Origin: Histomonas meleagridis 2922-C6/04-290x
Taxonomy: Eukaryota > Protista > Parabasalia
Assembly: GCA_020184695.1 (NCBI GenBank)
Contig: JAANOX010000230.1
Location: 62,001-126,000 of the forward strand
Reading direction: 5' to 3'
DNA: 64,000 nucleotides
A program made the translations under genes and the position numbers. Below, in pieces: positions 22,600 through 34,866 of this stretch; position 1 is the stretch's first letter, and each line of letters starts with the position of its first letter. Below the pieces are notes generated by a model. It searched no databases. It had not been told where the DNA came from and was given only the letters and a program-made list of their open reading frames with translations.

Positions 22600-24668
22600 A
22601 ACACAAAATACAGTTACTCATCTTTATGAAAAAAATAATAGTTAAAGTGATTAGGCATTTTCTTACGCAATAAGAAATTAATAATTTTTCATTTTTATTG
22701 TTTAAGTCACAAAACCTGTTATCATTGTACATGCTGTTGAATTCGAACGCTGTTTTAATCATTTTATGCATTTGTAATTGTTCAGAATTAAAATTCCTTC
22801 AAATGTTGCTGTGATTACACATTTAGAAGATGTCAAAAATGCATTTGCATCTTTTTATAGTTTAGTTATTTCTTAAAAATTGCACATTTTATTTTTATAA
22901 AAATTCCTTCTTCAAAATTAATAATCGAAAAATCTGAAGTTACATAACGACACTTTGTTAATAACTATTGATTTGCTACATGCAAAAGCTTAACAAATTT
23001 GTTGTAATTCAACATGTTCTTCATTAAAAATATTACAATTCCTGAAACGTTATATTATTTCATAATGTTCTTTAACATTTCATATCATTAATAACATCAA
23101 AATCCCGAATACATTTGTCAACTAGAAAATGCATTACATATCAAACTTTAAGACTTTTGTCCATGTTACAATTGTAACATTTTTATTTAAGAAATTAATT
23201 ATAATATTTGTATTATTGGGTAATTTCAATTGTTCTTTTTCATTATTTTTAATATTTAAAATAACATTTTTATCACAATTAGTTTCAAATATTGAACATT
23301 CCTTCTAATAAATGAATTTTCTTAATTTCTCCTTTAAAATGTAATTGTAATTAATTCTTATTATTGGAATTGGTTCTTTTGCATCATTCATCAAAACATT
23401 ATTTGTTTGGATAAATGTTCCATTATATGATTCATAATCACATATTAAGTTTTCAACTAATAGATTATAGTTATTTGTTATAATGTTTACATTTATGATA
23501 TCATTTACGTTTTGGAATTTTATGTTTTCTTTTGTTTGTATTATTTCATCACCAAATTGAATATCTAAATCTTTAATATTTAAAACATAACCATTTGGAT
23601 AAGTTATATTATGTTTTGTATCTTCTTTATTAAGTAATTCTATATTAAATACATTGACGAAATTTCAGCTGATTGATCAATATAAAATATTTTATCATTA
23701 ACATAATTATGAAATAATCATCCGTGATATTACATAATTCTTTAGAACATTTATAATCATAAACAAAGTGGTCCATCCATTGGCAATAATAGTGTAATCA
23801 TTAAATAATTTTCTTGCTTAGAATTAACAACTAATTTTTCTGTTACACTATAAAAGTATTTAAAGTTGGAATTTTCATAGGATTTCTTGTTAATGCAGAA
23901 ATATATTTATCATTTGAATCCATTTCCTAAATATTATTCGGCTGACGACTATATAAAGTAATAAAAAGATTTTCATTTTGTGGCGAAACTTTGAAATATT
24001 TAATTGTGCGATTGATGGGATTTCTTAGATGTGGATATTACATAATTTTCATATTTATACATTCATTTGTATTTGTCATTTTAATGAATTTAAGATTTGA
24101 ATTAATATCATTTTGTGTAAATTTTGGACCAACTTCTGCTTTTACATCCAAATTTTCTTTTATATATATTATTTGTTATTCTCGAATTTCTAACTGTGAT
24201 TGAGGAATTATTACTTTTTCATTCAATGTAAAATGTGTTTTGTGTTCAATTATTTCCAACATAAATTTTATTACTATTAAATCTAAATCATGATAAATTG
24301 GAAGGAATGTGTCTGAGCATAATACAATTCGAAGTGGTACATTTTGATTTGTAACTTTAATTTTTCCGATATGATCTGTTTGACCATTTATCATTTTTGT
24401 GAATTTAGAAAATTACTACCACTAAATGGAATTACTGTTGATATATCAATTAATTCATGACCAATAAAACAAACACATGTGTAGAACTTAAATCATTTCT
24501 TGAAGCTGAAGCAAATAAAATATTAATAAAAGTGAATTTACATTAATTTTTTCAGCTAAATAATTTCCATCTTCTAAATTAGAGCTACTGCTCCAGCTCC
24601 AGAAGGTACTGGAAATACTTTTTGTCCATTCCTGAATGTGCAAATGTTCAATTACATTTATGAACATC
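22600..24668 (-). pseudogene. Heavily decayed large surface-protein gene
   Basis: Minus-strand protein-like fragments (MFINVIEHLHIQEWTKSISSTFWSWSSSSNLEDG; GKIKVTNQNVPLRIVL; FLNKNVTIVTWTKVL) with many stops and frameshifts. Boundaries approximate. Confidence 0.45.
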
Positions 24669-24903
24669 CAAATAATATAGTGAAGTGTGCCGCGTCGTTA
24701 AATAGTATGTACACTCAGCCATCTATCTACTTCATATGGAAAATATATTTTAAAACATTTGTCTTTTCAATTTTTTTTAAGTATTCCGACATATGTTTCA
24801 TATCATCAATTAATAAATATTTCCAATTCATTTAAATCCGAAATGAATTTATGCAGAAAAAGCGATTTCATTTTTTACTGAATGATGAATTATAATAATT
24901 GGT

Positions 24904-25491
24904 TTACTTGACAAACCTTTGAACACGACGGAATTGAGCTGTTCTACAACTTTGAAGAGCTTCATCAAGCTCATCATGGAGTTGGCAGAGCATTGCTGGC
25001 GTTGATTCCAGTGTTGTATTTCCATTAGTTGTCTTAAGGTTCATTACAACATGAGGCCGCTTAAACTGCCTTAAAGAGCGTCTTGCAAATTCAACTTGAA
25101 CTCTCCAATCAAGACTGATAAAATGTTCTGAATTTGGAGAAACTTGAATTAAGCATTGCCTTATTGTGTCAATCGAATCACCGTAGACTTGTAACACTTC
25201 GGGTGTATTTAAAAACTCCATTTCAGCAATAAACTCTCTGAATTTATCTACTGAACAACGATTGCGAACTGCTTCACAAAGCGTCCACGCAAGACATTCC
25301 ATGGCTTCCATAAATGTTGGAAGTGGTACTTGTGCTTCTCTTGCTTTTGCTTTAATATCATTTTCAGAATATTTTCCAATTACATAAAACACTGCAATCT
25401 TAACTATCTGATGTACGGGGATTGTTTCTGCAATTTGCTCGACTGATTTCATCCCTGAACGAACGCTTTGCGTCAAGGAAAGAACAGACAT
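24904..25491 (-). CDS. COMMD2: COMM domain protein, COMMD2-like
   Basis: COMM domain LDWRVQVEFARRSLR...LCQLHDELDEAL and COMMD2-like end RRVQRFVK. Confidence 0.75.
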   Translation of the reverse strand: MSVLSLTQSVRSGMKSVEQIAETIPVHQIVKIAVFYVIGKYSENDIKAKAREAQVPLPTFMEAMECLAWTLCEAVRNRCSVDKFREFIAEMEFLNTPEVLQVYGDSIDTIRQCLIQVSPNSEHFISLDWRVQVEFARRSLRQFKRPHVVMNLKTTNGNTTLESTPAMLCQLHDELDEALQSCRTAQFRRVQRFVK

Positions 25492-25758
25492 TTTCTAGCA
25501 ATTAGATATGGGACACCCCACAACGATAGGAAAGTGCACTTTTTATTTATCGTTTCTTATAAAAATTTCATTCGCACATAAACTCTAATCATTAGACTTT
25601 TGGTATCTATTTATAGTGTGGTCAATCTTTAATAAAATATTAAAAGAATAATATTTTTTTTAAGTGAATTAACATAAATCTAAACAAATTCGTGAAAAAG
25701 TATTTAAAATTACTAAATAAAACTCGCCACATAAATAATATTTATTAAATTTATATTA

Positions 25759-26844
25759 TTATTTTTTCTTATATAAGAAATCCCCCTCAATTCTTAATAT
25801 TTCTTCATCTTCATAACATGCACTCAGCCACTTATGGCTTAACACTTGTTCTATAGTATATCTACTTTCCGGATTTTTATCCAAACAATGCAAAATTAAA
25901 TCTTTTGCATCTTCCGACACATTCACATTCTCATTAAATGTCACATCGTTATACTGAATCTGTTTTGCAATATTAAACAAATGCGAAAGAAAAAATCCTT
26001 CTTCGGAGATATCAAAAAAAGGCAATTTGCCGTATAACATCATGTACAGTGAGACGCCGCATGACCATATGTCGGCCGGCTTGCCGCGATATGATTGGCC
26101 AGTACATTGCTCAGGTGAAAAAAAAGCTGGCGTGCCATCAGTGTCCTCAAGGATTCCATCCGAAGAATCCAAAATAATGGACGTTGAAAAATCTGTAATC
26201 GCAATTCTGCCATCTGGAAATAATAAGATATTTTCAGGTTTGATGTCATGGTGAATATAGTTATGGGAATGAATGTGCTCAAGACCACTCGCAATTTGGA
26301 AAAAATAAAGCTTGCAAATGGGCTCTGGAATTGGTGATACTTTGGAACGTTGTGGTAATAAGAAACTTTGGGCTAAAGGGAGAATAAGAATGATGGAATT
26401 GGTACAATCATCGTCTAAAACTTCAATAAGATTCATACAATTGGGATGGTTGAGTGTTGACATTATTTGTATTTCACGAATAAGCTTGTTGATGGGTGGT
26501 TCAGAATCACTAAGATTGTTTCGATAAAGAAAGAATTTATCATATACTTTGGCAGCATATTGAACATTAGTTTCTACATTTTCAACCAAAAATACTTCTG
26601 ATTGTGACCCATGACCAATTGATTTTTTGAACTCATACTCAAATAAAAGAGGACGCCCTAATGCACCTGAAATGAACGTTTGAAATGAAATGGTTTCGGC
26701 TTCTGAATAATTAGTGTAATCACTATCTTCTTCTTCATCTGTATTGGAATTATCTGTGTCATCAGGTTTTGTGTTGGTGCTCTCTTGTTGTGCGCTATGT
26801 TTGGGTGCTTCGATTTTTTCTAGCTTGGACGGAGCGCAACCCAT
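25759..26844 (-). CDS. CAMKK-like Ser/Thr kinase with N-myristoylation motif
   Basis: MGC start at 26844; GHGSQSEV, AAKVY, HHDIKPEN, DFS and GTPAFFSPE motifs. Confidence 0.9.
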   Translation of the reverse strand: MGCAPSKLEKIEAPKHSAQQESTNTKPDDTDNSNTDEEEDSDYTNYSEAETISFQTFISGALGRPLLFEYEFKKSIGHGSQSEVFLVENVETNVQYAAKVYDKFFLYRNNLSDSEPPINKLIREIQIMSTLNHPNCMNLIEVLDDDCTNSIILILPLAQSFLLPQRSKVSPIPEPICKLYFFQIASGLEHIHSHNYIHHDIKPENILLFPDGRIAITDFSTSIILDSSDGILEDTDGTPAFFSPEQCTGQSYRGKPADIWSCGVSLYMMLYGKLPFFDISEEGFFLSHLFNIAKQIQYNDVTFNENVNVSEDAKDLILHCLDKNPESRYTIEQVLSHKWLSACYEDEEILRIEGDFLYKKK

Positions 26845-27406
26845 TCTCCTCACAAAACGTATTTTTAATTGTGACGTTTACAAACATTATTGAATTTTCA
26901 ATTCGTTACAATGCGTCAATAACCTCAGAAAACGTGTAAACTATTAAAATATCATTCGAAAATAAAATGGATTTGACTGCAAAACGATCACTAGAACTTT
27001 TTCTTATAAGTTATCAAAAATCTGTCGCTCCTTAATTTTTGCATTACAACTTGCACAAATTATAATTCTAAAAAATATAGCACAAGGAAAAAACGTGTAA
27101 TGAACATTAAGTAAATTTTAATAATATCATTATATTGGCATCAATCTTATTCAATTGATAAGCAAATCGATTTTTTTAATGATATCTATACGATGTGTAG
27201 ATATAGTTACAAAATAATTTATAAGATTTTCATGATAGTATAATTAAAAAATTCGATATTTTTGATAAAATTTTGAAGATTTAATCAAGTTAAATAACAA
27301 ACATTTTAATTTTATTTCGTTCATGAAACAAATAGATATATTAATTTCTTTATGTCAAGAAGAAGTATTTATTCTAATTAAATCACATAAATTTTTATTT
27401 ATTTAT

Positions 27407-28255
27407 TTAGTTTTCGTTCTCTCCGAGCGTTGCAACCTTTGGCACTCTGAATGAGGTTATATCCAAGTGGTGTATGTCTCCGTAAGCTTGAATGTCTTTT
27501 AGCTGTTTCTGATATAATATTGCTGCCCTCGCTTCCTGGTTTTGGTTGAGCTTCTCAATAGATTTTTTGTGCTTTTTGATGATTTTCTCGTATCTGACAT
27601 TGTATTTGTAAAATCGTTGGACTCCTAAATCAACAGGATACGAAATACGTTTAGAAATATGTCGAAGAGCATCTGATAATGGACGGTGATCTATCATGTC
27701 GTTCTTTTGCATATTTTCACGAACTTGGGCATCATAATAATTGTATAAAATATGTGAATGTTCCTTCCGAAAATCATATGCTAAGTTGGAACGCTCCTCA
27801 GCATGTCTCCGAAGGATATTCTGGAATTCAATATCGTTTGGAATTTCTTGAAATTCATATTGTTGAGTAATAGCAGGAATTTGTTGTAGAAGACTTGTAA
27901 TAACTGAGTTAGAGCTTTCATTGGTCTCATCAGTTGTGACTTCTGTTTTATGATCATTTTTAGATTTTTCATTTGTTATAAGAAGTGGTGGTTGTAGGTT
28001 TAAAAAATGATCACTGGGACGATATGTACGAAGAGATTCTTGGAATGCCTTAAGATCTCTTGATGCTTCTGCTAATTTTCTTTTATTAATAAATCTTAAT
28101 GCGGGTGGATTACAGACAAAATCTTCAAGAGGCTTATGGCTTTCATCGTCTGGCTTATCTGGAGGTGGGTAAGTACTATTTTCAGGAGAAGGAACAAAAT
28201 TTATGTACTTCTCCATTTCAATGAGCAGCGGTTTTGTTACTTGGATTTGGGGCAC
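27407..28255 (-). CDS. Hypothetical protein
   Basis: Open 282 aa frame; start uncertain (GTG 28255 or ATG 28216); no family recognised. Confidence 0.6.
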   Translation of the reverse strand: MPQIQVTKPLLIEMEKYINFVPSPENSTYPPPDKPDDESHKPLEDFVCNPPALRFINKRKLAEASRDLKAFQESLRTYRPSDHFLNLQPPLLITNEKSKNDHKTEVTTDETNESSNSVITSLLQQIPAITQQYEFQEIPNDIEFQNILRRHAEERSNLAYDFRKEHSHILYNYYDAQVRENMQKNDMIDHRPLSDALRHISKRISYPVDLGVQRFYKYNVRYEKIIKKHKKSIEKLNQNQEARAAILYQKQLKDIQAYGDIHHLDITSFRVPKVATLGENEN

Positions 28256-28306
28256 TCCGAGTAAACATCACATTTTTTTTATCGTTAATTCGAGAATATA
28301 ATTTTT

Positions 28307-28621
28307 ATGCTTTTAGCTGAAACACTTCTAAGCGAAGCTGCGAGACCATTCAACAAAATGAACAAAGATAAGCTACTAAAGACAGTTGAGGAAGTAGATG
28401 CAAGTGATGTAGATTCAGCTCCAATGATTTACTTTTCCATTGAAAGTCTTCTTCATTTTACCCAAAACTCGGAATTTCCAATCAGTAAAAAAGAGCTTCT
28501 CAAGGCAATTTTAACAAATCCAACATTATATCCAATTTTATTCCAAAATAAAGATAAACTATCAACCGATGATAAAGAAATAGAACAAATGCTCAGCGGA
28601 ATCAAAGCGTTTTTGCAGTGA
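28307..28621 (+). CDS. Small hypothetical protein
   Basis: 104 aa ATG-initiated ORF with protein-like composition filling a gap between flanking genes. Confidence 0.55.
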   Translation: MLLAETLLSEAARPFNKMNKDKLLKTVEEVDASDVDSAPMIYFSIESLLHFTQNSEFPISKKELLKAILTNPTLYPILFQNKDKLSTDDKEIEQMLSGIKAFLQ

Positions 28622-28645
28622 AATTTGTTTACAAACAAATAAATT

Positions 28646-30325
28646 TTATTTTTCTAGTTTGAAAGAAATTCTTTCCCACTTTGGCTGTTTAACACCAAGG
28701 GAAACGCTAGAAATATCATCCTCCGTAAACTTTCTCTTTCCAAAGCAATCACTCTTATTTGTCATGTCAATTTGTATCTTTTCTTTTTCTTGATTCTGGG
28801 ATACAGGGAGTGTTTTTGGAGCTAAAAGCTCGACTTTCTTCTTGGCGTATTTAGTATATTGCGAATTGTCGTCTAGCAAATAATGATAAATTGCTAATCC
28901 GCATTTTTCACCAATTTCTTTCCATAATGTTTCATCGTAAAGACAATTAGCGCAACCTCCTGCAAACACACCACCGAATGACGTTTCTACTGTATAACTA
29001 TTTAATATATTAAATTCTGTTCTTACAACGATTCTACCAGCGGATTTTCTTTCTTGAGGAAAAGAAAACACGCAATGGCTCAATGAAAAAGTATCGCTTA
29101 ATAATGATAAAATACCAGGATAAATTTTTTCTGAATTTCTGAACTCATGATCGTCATCATTAGGGCACCCGTAAATAAACGTTCCATGGAGTCTGGAGTG
29201 CCCGTGGAAGTCTATGTAAAAAGTGCAACCTTTTTCAGAAACAATTTTTCTGATCAAACTTTTTGTATGGTATACAACGGGATGTAAAATCAAATCAGGG
29301 GCAGTCCACATCCGATTTAGGTCGTTCCCGCTCAGAGACACACGATAGAATCCTTCAACAACTCCATCAATGTTCATCATTGGCACACATTTGATAATTG
29401 TGCTTTCTATGATATAATTTGCTTCAGGAGTATCAGAAAGAAGAAAATCAATAAGTCCATGGACTAAAAAACTACTATTAGATTCACCAGGATGTATCCT
29501 CCCTGTTATAAAAATATATTTCCGTTTTTCAAGTGGGATTGTATTGTTTGGAGATGTGATTGTTAAAATTGGGCAATCTCGACCTCCGTCTGTAGAACAA
29601 AGGGTTTCGTGTTTAAACACTCCAGGTTTAGCTATATTATCCCAATGATCTATGGATTTAAGAAGATCTGAATATGTATAAGGAATTGCATAACATAAAC
29701 AAACTTCGTCATCTGCATAAGGAAAACAAATCTGAAACTGTAGAGATGCTCGTGGGTTCTTTTTAGAACGCTTTGTGACAGAATAAGCATAATTTGTACC
29801 TCCACGAGTCCAAGATACATTCTTAATTTGAGCTCGCTTTTTGCTATACCAAAATATTTTTGAACCATTACAATAGAGGCTTTTAGCTTTGTGGAATCCT
29901 GAAATGTAAAACATATACTTTTGTGGGCGAGTATTGGTAATTTTAAAATAAAACCATTGACATGAAGCTGATGAATTTCTGTCATACTCTAGAATACAGT
30001 GGTAAATATTTCCTTTAATATGATATACTTTAGAAAGATTTCCACTTTCGAATTTCGAATCAAAACGCAAAATAGTGTCTTCAGGTGTTTCTGGTGGAGG
30101 CGCGCATTTCTCTTGGTGAACTATATCATAAATTAACTTTCCAGATTTCCATAAATCAGAAGGCCATTTAATATTTGCTGAAGTTTTCGCAAATCTATAA
30201 TGATCAGATGGAGGCTTTCCATATATCATATGATAAGAATTTTCTTTTATGGAGTCACTTGGGTAAAATTCTGGTAATTGCTCTTCTTCTTTTGCTTCTT
30301 CTTCGCGAAAGTTTTCCATCAGCAA
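28646..30325 (-). CDS. Cytosolic carboxypeptidase (M14D, AGBL/CCP tubulin deglutamylase family)
   Basis: FESGNL, QWFYF, RIHPGESNSS, NIDGV, DLNRMW, DFHGHS and YTVETS motifs. Confidence 0.92.
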   Translation of the reverse strand: MLMENFREEEAKEEEQLPEFYPSDSIKENSYHMIYGKPPSDHYRFAKTSANIKWPSDLWKSGKLIYDIVHQEKCAPPPETPEDTILRFDSKFESGNLSKVYHIKGNIYHCILEYDRNSSASCQWFYFKITNTRPQKYMFYISGFHKAKSLYCNGSKIFWYSKKRAQIKNVSWTRGGTNYAYSVTKRSKKNPRASLQFQICFPYADDEVCLCYAIPYTYSDLLKSIDHWDNIAKPGVFKHETLCSTDGGRDCPILTITSPNNTIPLEKRKYIFITGRIHPGESNSSFLVHGLIDFLLSDTPEANYIIESTIIKCVPMMNIDGVVEGFYRVSLSGNDLNRMWTAPDLILHPVVYHTKSLIRKIVSEKGCTFYIDFHGHSRLHGTFIYGCPNDDDHEFRNSEKIYPGILSLLSDTFSLSHCVFSFPQERKSAGRIVVRTEFNILNSYTVETSFGGVFAGGCANCLYDETLWKEIGEKCGLAIYHYLLDDNSQYTKYAKKKVELLAPKTLPVSQNQEKEKIQIDMTNKSDCFGKRKFTEDDISSVSLGVKQPKWERISFKLEK

Positions 30326-30440
30326 AAACCTTCATCGGAAACCGTTTGCAAACCAAAAAGTTATGTGAAAAAAGCATTCAAAATATGCCATTTTAAAAAA
30401 TGACACAACGTTTTTGTCAAAATATCATTCACTCTTTAAG

Positions 30441-30800
30441 ATGAGCCAAGGAAACGCCATTCCATCAAATTACCAACTAGCCGGTGGCCAAGGAGAGATG
30501 CACACCTTGGAACAAAAAATTGAAAAATTACAATTTATTATTGAAGGCGTAACGGATGAACAATGCAAAAAAGCTCTTGAGTTGTCTAATTACGACCTAA
30601 ACGGTGCTGCTGAGAGACTATTGAATGGAAATCATGATCCAGAGTCTCAGGATTCAGATGGTAAAGAGAAGATCACTATATCACAAAGAATTAAAGATGA
30701 GTTTGGTGGATCATTGAACTTCTTTGAAATTTCTCAGGTGCTTTTAATGTGTAATAATAATGAAGAAGATGCCATAGAAATTCTCAAGACAATGGTTTGA
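30441..30800 (+). CDS. Small UBA/CUE-like domain protein
   Basis: Two short helical repeats (CKKALELSNYDLNGAAERLL; VLLMCNNNEEDAIEIL). Inr-like TCATTC just upstream of the ATG at 30441. Confidence 0.65.
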   Translation: MSQGNAIPSNYQLAGGQGEMHTLEQKIEKLQFIIEGVTDEQCKKALELSNYDLNGAAERLLNGNHDPESQDSDGKEKITISQRIKDEFGGSLNFFEISQVLLMCNNNEEDAIEILKTMV

Positions 30801-31269
30801 TCTTATTCTTTTTACGAACTTAAAAAAATAAAATTTAATTTATTTCAGAAACTTTTGAAAATATTATGCCTTCGAAGCCAGATTATCCGCAACGTTTTTG
30901 TCAAAATATCGAATTGTGACATTTGCTCCATTCAAAAAGCTTTCACAATTTACACAAGTTTTTGCCTCAATTCTGACATTAAATAATTTGACGTGATTTT
31001 GCGTTGACAAAATCCGTGTCAAAATATGTTTCGCGTTCATCTCTTCATGATTTAGATTTATAAGCATTTATTAGGACATGCACATTTAAAAACAAAATCA
31101 CATGACTAAACCCTTTGAGTAAAATAAATGATGAAGTTTGTTAAAAAATATTATCATGACCATGATATCTCATGAGATCTTAAACTCAATAACAGTGAAG
31201 GTTTTGTAATGTTTTGAAGAGAATTTACAGGTTTGCGCAGAAATCACATTTAACTTTACTTAAAAATAA

Positions 31270-32685
31270 TTAATTTTGAAGAAATCCAAGAGGATCGTTT
31301 GAATCGTAAGCGCCAAGCTTACAGTACAAATCGGATACTTTGTAGTTCTTAACGAACTCGATTGCTGATACCAGAAATAAACGCGCATATTCAAGAGGTG
31401 GTTCATATTGGATTCCTCTTATACTAGAAAGGAATGTTCCCATTGCTATCGAGTTAGATGGTGGCGCATAAGAAAACACAAGGCAAAACAAAGGGAAGAA
31501 ATCGTCAAATGACATTAATGTTGATTGTGCTTCGATCTTTGACTTATCAAACATTTTGATAAATTGACCGACCTTTTTCTCCATTGAGTTTGTTTTTACG
31601 AACTCATCAATTATTTTCAATGATCTAAATACATGAATATAAATATCAATAGGATTGGCGAAGAAATTCAGGATTTGTATTTCCTCTTCCGCTGATTGTA
31701 ATATTGATGAATTATGTACAATTGTTACATATGGTGTATCCATATATTCAGGTTTCATAATATCTGTATTTATTTCAAACATGGCTGGCGTAGACCACCT
31801 TAACGAATAGCATATGTTATAAAATTGGTTTGTTTGTTCATTTGGGTCCAACATAATTTTCCTCAATTCATAAAATCTGTCAAAAAATAAACGTATTAAA
31901 CCGCATTTTAAAACGGTTTCTTGCGGTTTTGTCTTTGGATGGAACAAATTATTATACTTTAGATAGATCTGTTGGCATGGGGAAAAATCATATCCCTTGT
32001 TGAAATTACTATAAATGAGATTCAAACATTTGTCTATTTCGTCTAGTTCATTGTTATCAATTACATAATAATAAAATTGTTCATCAAACATATTAGATGG
32101 AGAATAACCAGTAACATCATCAACATTACTGGAAAATTCTTTTATCATGCTTGTGAGTTGCTGAACTGAAATTTTTGTGTGGCGTGTGGATTTGCAATAT
32201 TGAAGTCCTTTATTGTATATTGAAATGATTTTGTACTTTGTGGATTTGAAAAATTTGGTTTCTTCGAAGTTGGTTATGATAAATTCAGAAAATTCAGAAA
32301 TCATAAATTGTGGATAGTTATTTGTTTTCATTTGTTGATTTAAATAGGATACCATAAAATTAATAATATTCACTGATGCATTAATAAACTTCTCTTTTGC
32401 TTGACTAAATTTTGCTTGAAGTTTTTGTATTTTTTTAATCAAAAATAAGTAAATAATTGGACTTTCTGATGGAGAAAAAACAAGAGAAAGGTTTAATTTT
32501 TCAAAGTCATATGATTTCTTTTTAACTTTATTTTTTAATGATTCAAGAGAAGAAATATTTTCAGATATAATTGACTTTGTAGACTTAAAATTTTTTTGGA
32601 TGAAACAATGAATGTATACCTTGTATGGTTCAAAGTGAATATCTTCCATTGACTTTGGAGATTTGGCTTCTGGTTTTTCGCTCAT
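31270..32685 (-). CDS. Hypothetical protein with divergent C-terminal VPS9-like domain
   Basis: NPIDIYIHVFRSLKII...LMSFDDFFPLFCLVF...FLVSAIEF pattern, like the 17582 gene. Confidence 0.5.
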   Translation of the reverse strand: MSEKPEAKSPKSMEDIHFEPYKVYIHCFIQKNFKSTKSIISENISSLESLKNKVKKKSYDFEKLNLSLVFSPSESPIIYLFLIKKIQKLQAKFSQAKEKFINASVNIINFMVSYLNQQMKTNNYPQFMISEFSEFIITNFEETKFFKSTKYKIISIYNKGLQYCKSTRHTKISVQQLTSMIKEFSSNVDDVTGYSPSNMFDEQFYYYVIDNNELDEIDKCLNLIYSNFNKGYDFSPCQQIYLKYNNLFHPKTKPQETVLKCGLIRLFFDRFYELRKIMLDPNEQTNQFYNICYSLRWSTPAMFEINTDIMKPEYMDTPYVTIVHNSSILQSAEEEIQILNFFANPIDIYIHVFRSLKIIDEFVKTNSMEKKVGQFIKMFDKSKIEAQSTLMSFDDFFPLFCLVFSYAPPSNSIAMGTFLSSIRGIQYEPPLEYARLFLVSAIEFVKNYKVSDLYCKLGAYDSNDPLGFLQN

Positions 32686-34020
32686 ATGCCTCCTTTTTAC
32701 GACCGTTAACCGCAATTATGTCAATTTGTCAATTGACACAAAAACCTAAATGGGGCGCCCTATAGATGATCAAAATATCCTACGATTTTTATGAGTTGCC
32801 AATGCAAAATTTATAACCATGAATTAGTTTGATATATAATAGTATTGCCAGAATATGAATAAATCATTTTGTTTCGGATAAAAACTCAAATATACCAGCC
32901 TTTTATGGTTGTTTTTATAATTCATCATATTTGTACAACTTTTTCTCAAAATTAAAAAGAAAAAATTTTATAGGACTTAAGGGATCTGTCAAAAGAATTT
33001 AATTAAATAAAATATATTTAAAAATTAAAAAAATTGACAATTTAATGAAATAGGAAACAAACTCATTTGAATAGTTTACAATCAATTATTAGGTTTATAT
33101 ATAAATGAGACAGGCAGTTTTTTTGGAGGAATCTGGGAACAAGCAAAAATTAATATAAGCAAAGATAAACATCAATTTCATGGCAACATGCATTATCACA
33201 ATTTTAAACAAAATTCATGAAATATTTGATCTACTTTGGTTAAATTCATATAATGTTATAAAGAGAACGTTTATATCATTTAAGAGCTTTACTCATTGTA
33301 TTTTTCAATCAGTATTTGGTCGGAACAACCCTGTTTAAATGCCAATTGAATGGACGATGGGAAATTCAATAGTTCAAACATCACTTTTCTTTAAAAACAA
33401 ACCAGTAAACAGTGTATGTCACATTGAAAATGACTATTCTGAATAGTCAAAATCAAATTTAATTCCTTAAGGAAAATTTAAGCTTTTAGGATACAAAATT
33501 CCCAGCAATTAGGTGATTTATACAATCGCAATATTTAATAACATGTTAATCATTTCAATGATCATTTTATTTTTAATCAAATTTGGAAAATGAATTCTAT
33601 ATTTGGTCACTAATCTTAATTCAAGCACTAACAATGTACCACTTGAAGGAGTTCTATAAGGTATCAAAATTTTTTACATAAATTCACGCATTTCAAAATA
33701 ATTTGGAAATTAAATATTTGATAAATCTATGAACAATAACAAATGCCAAACTTCAAAGCAGTGCACATATTATCTATGTTAATTTATACATTTTCCATCA
33801 ACTTAATTTTATATATTAATTATTAGAAATTTTGATAATATTAGAAACCATTCAAGTTGTTGTTGTGTTAATTGAATCCCTATTAAAATAAAATAATATC
33901 CTCTATAAAACTATCTTATTTGATATATTCTGTTGGGAATTTCCTTTTTATTCAAGGGCACAAAAATTGAATTCGATTTTTGTTAATTGAATTGTGTTAT
34001 TTGAATGAACAACCGAAAGA

Positions 34021-34866
34021 ATGAAACTTGCGATGCAGCTCCATTTACGCATTGTTGAAGCAGTTGATATTGCTAAAATGGATTTATTTTCGAAAAGTGA
34101 TCCATATGTTTTAGCAAAGATTAATCAGAACGGAATTACACAAAGAACAAATTATATTATGAATACTTCAACCCCAAGATGGAATGCAGAATTTCATTTT
34201 CCACTTTCTAACCCCTCTTCAGATAGTCTTCACTTGCTAATGAGAGATAAAGATACAGTTTCAGATGATGACATGGCAACTTTAACAATTCCTATATGCT
34301 CACTTCCGCCTGGTCAAGTCATAGATCAATGGTATAACATGATTCCATGCCGTAGAGTCAAGAAAGGAGGTCGTATTCATCTTATTTTGCATGTCGCTCC
34401 CTTTGGAGCTACTGCATTTGTTCCACAACCGACCTTCCAACAGAACTTTATGGGCATGCAGAATACAATGATGGGTATGGGGCGACTAATGAATCCAATG
34501 ATGGGAGCAGTTCCACCAAATCCCATGTATCATCCACAACCAATGAATTTACAGCCAGCAATGTACCCACAGATGATGAACCAGCAACAAATGTTACGTC
34601 AATCACAACCAACGATGTATCCACAGATGATGAATCAACAACAAATGCTACGCCAATCACAACCAACGATGATGAATCAACCAATGGTACAGCCAATTCC
34701 AATGTACCAACCACCACAGAATCCATATAACCAGAATATGATGCCTATGCAAAATGGTTTTGGTCAAACGCCCAGACCCTATAACATAAATGCTTCTATT
34801 CCTGGAATGTCAGAGAAAGACATCAGGAAAATGCAGAAGCGCCAAAGGCAAATGATGGGTTATTAA
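34021..34866 (+). CDS. C2-domain protein with Gln/Met/Pro-rich repeats
   Basis: LRIVEA, MDLFSKSDPYV, PRWNAEFHF, DQWY; tail contains MYPQMMNQQQMLRQSQPT twice. Confidence 0.9.
   Translation: MKLAMQLHLRIVEAVDIAKMDLFSKSDPYVLAKINQNGITQRTNYIMNTSTPRWNAEFHFPLSNPSSDSLHLLMRDKDTVSDDDMATLTIPICSLPPGQVIDQWYNMIPCRRVKKGGRIHLILHVAPFGATAFVPQPTFQQNFMGMQNTMMGMGRLMNPMMGAVPPNPMYHPQPMNLQPAMYPQMMNQQQMLRQSQPTMYPQMMNQQQMLRQSQPTMMNQPMVQPIPMYQPPQNPYNQNMMPMQNGFGQTPRPYNINASIPGMSEKDIRKMQKRQRQMMGY

Noticed and set aside
26100-26260. Kinase motif variants HHD and DFS
   Set aside because: The catalytic Lys, Asp and Asn are retained; such variants are common in divergent protist kinases.
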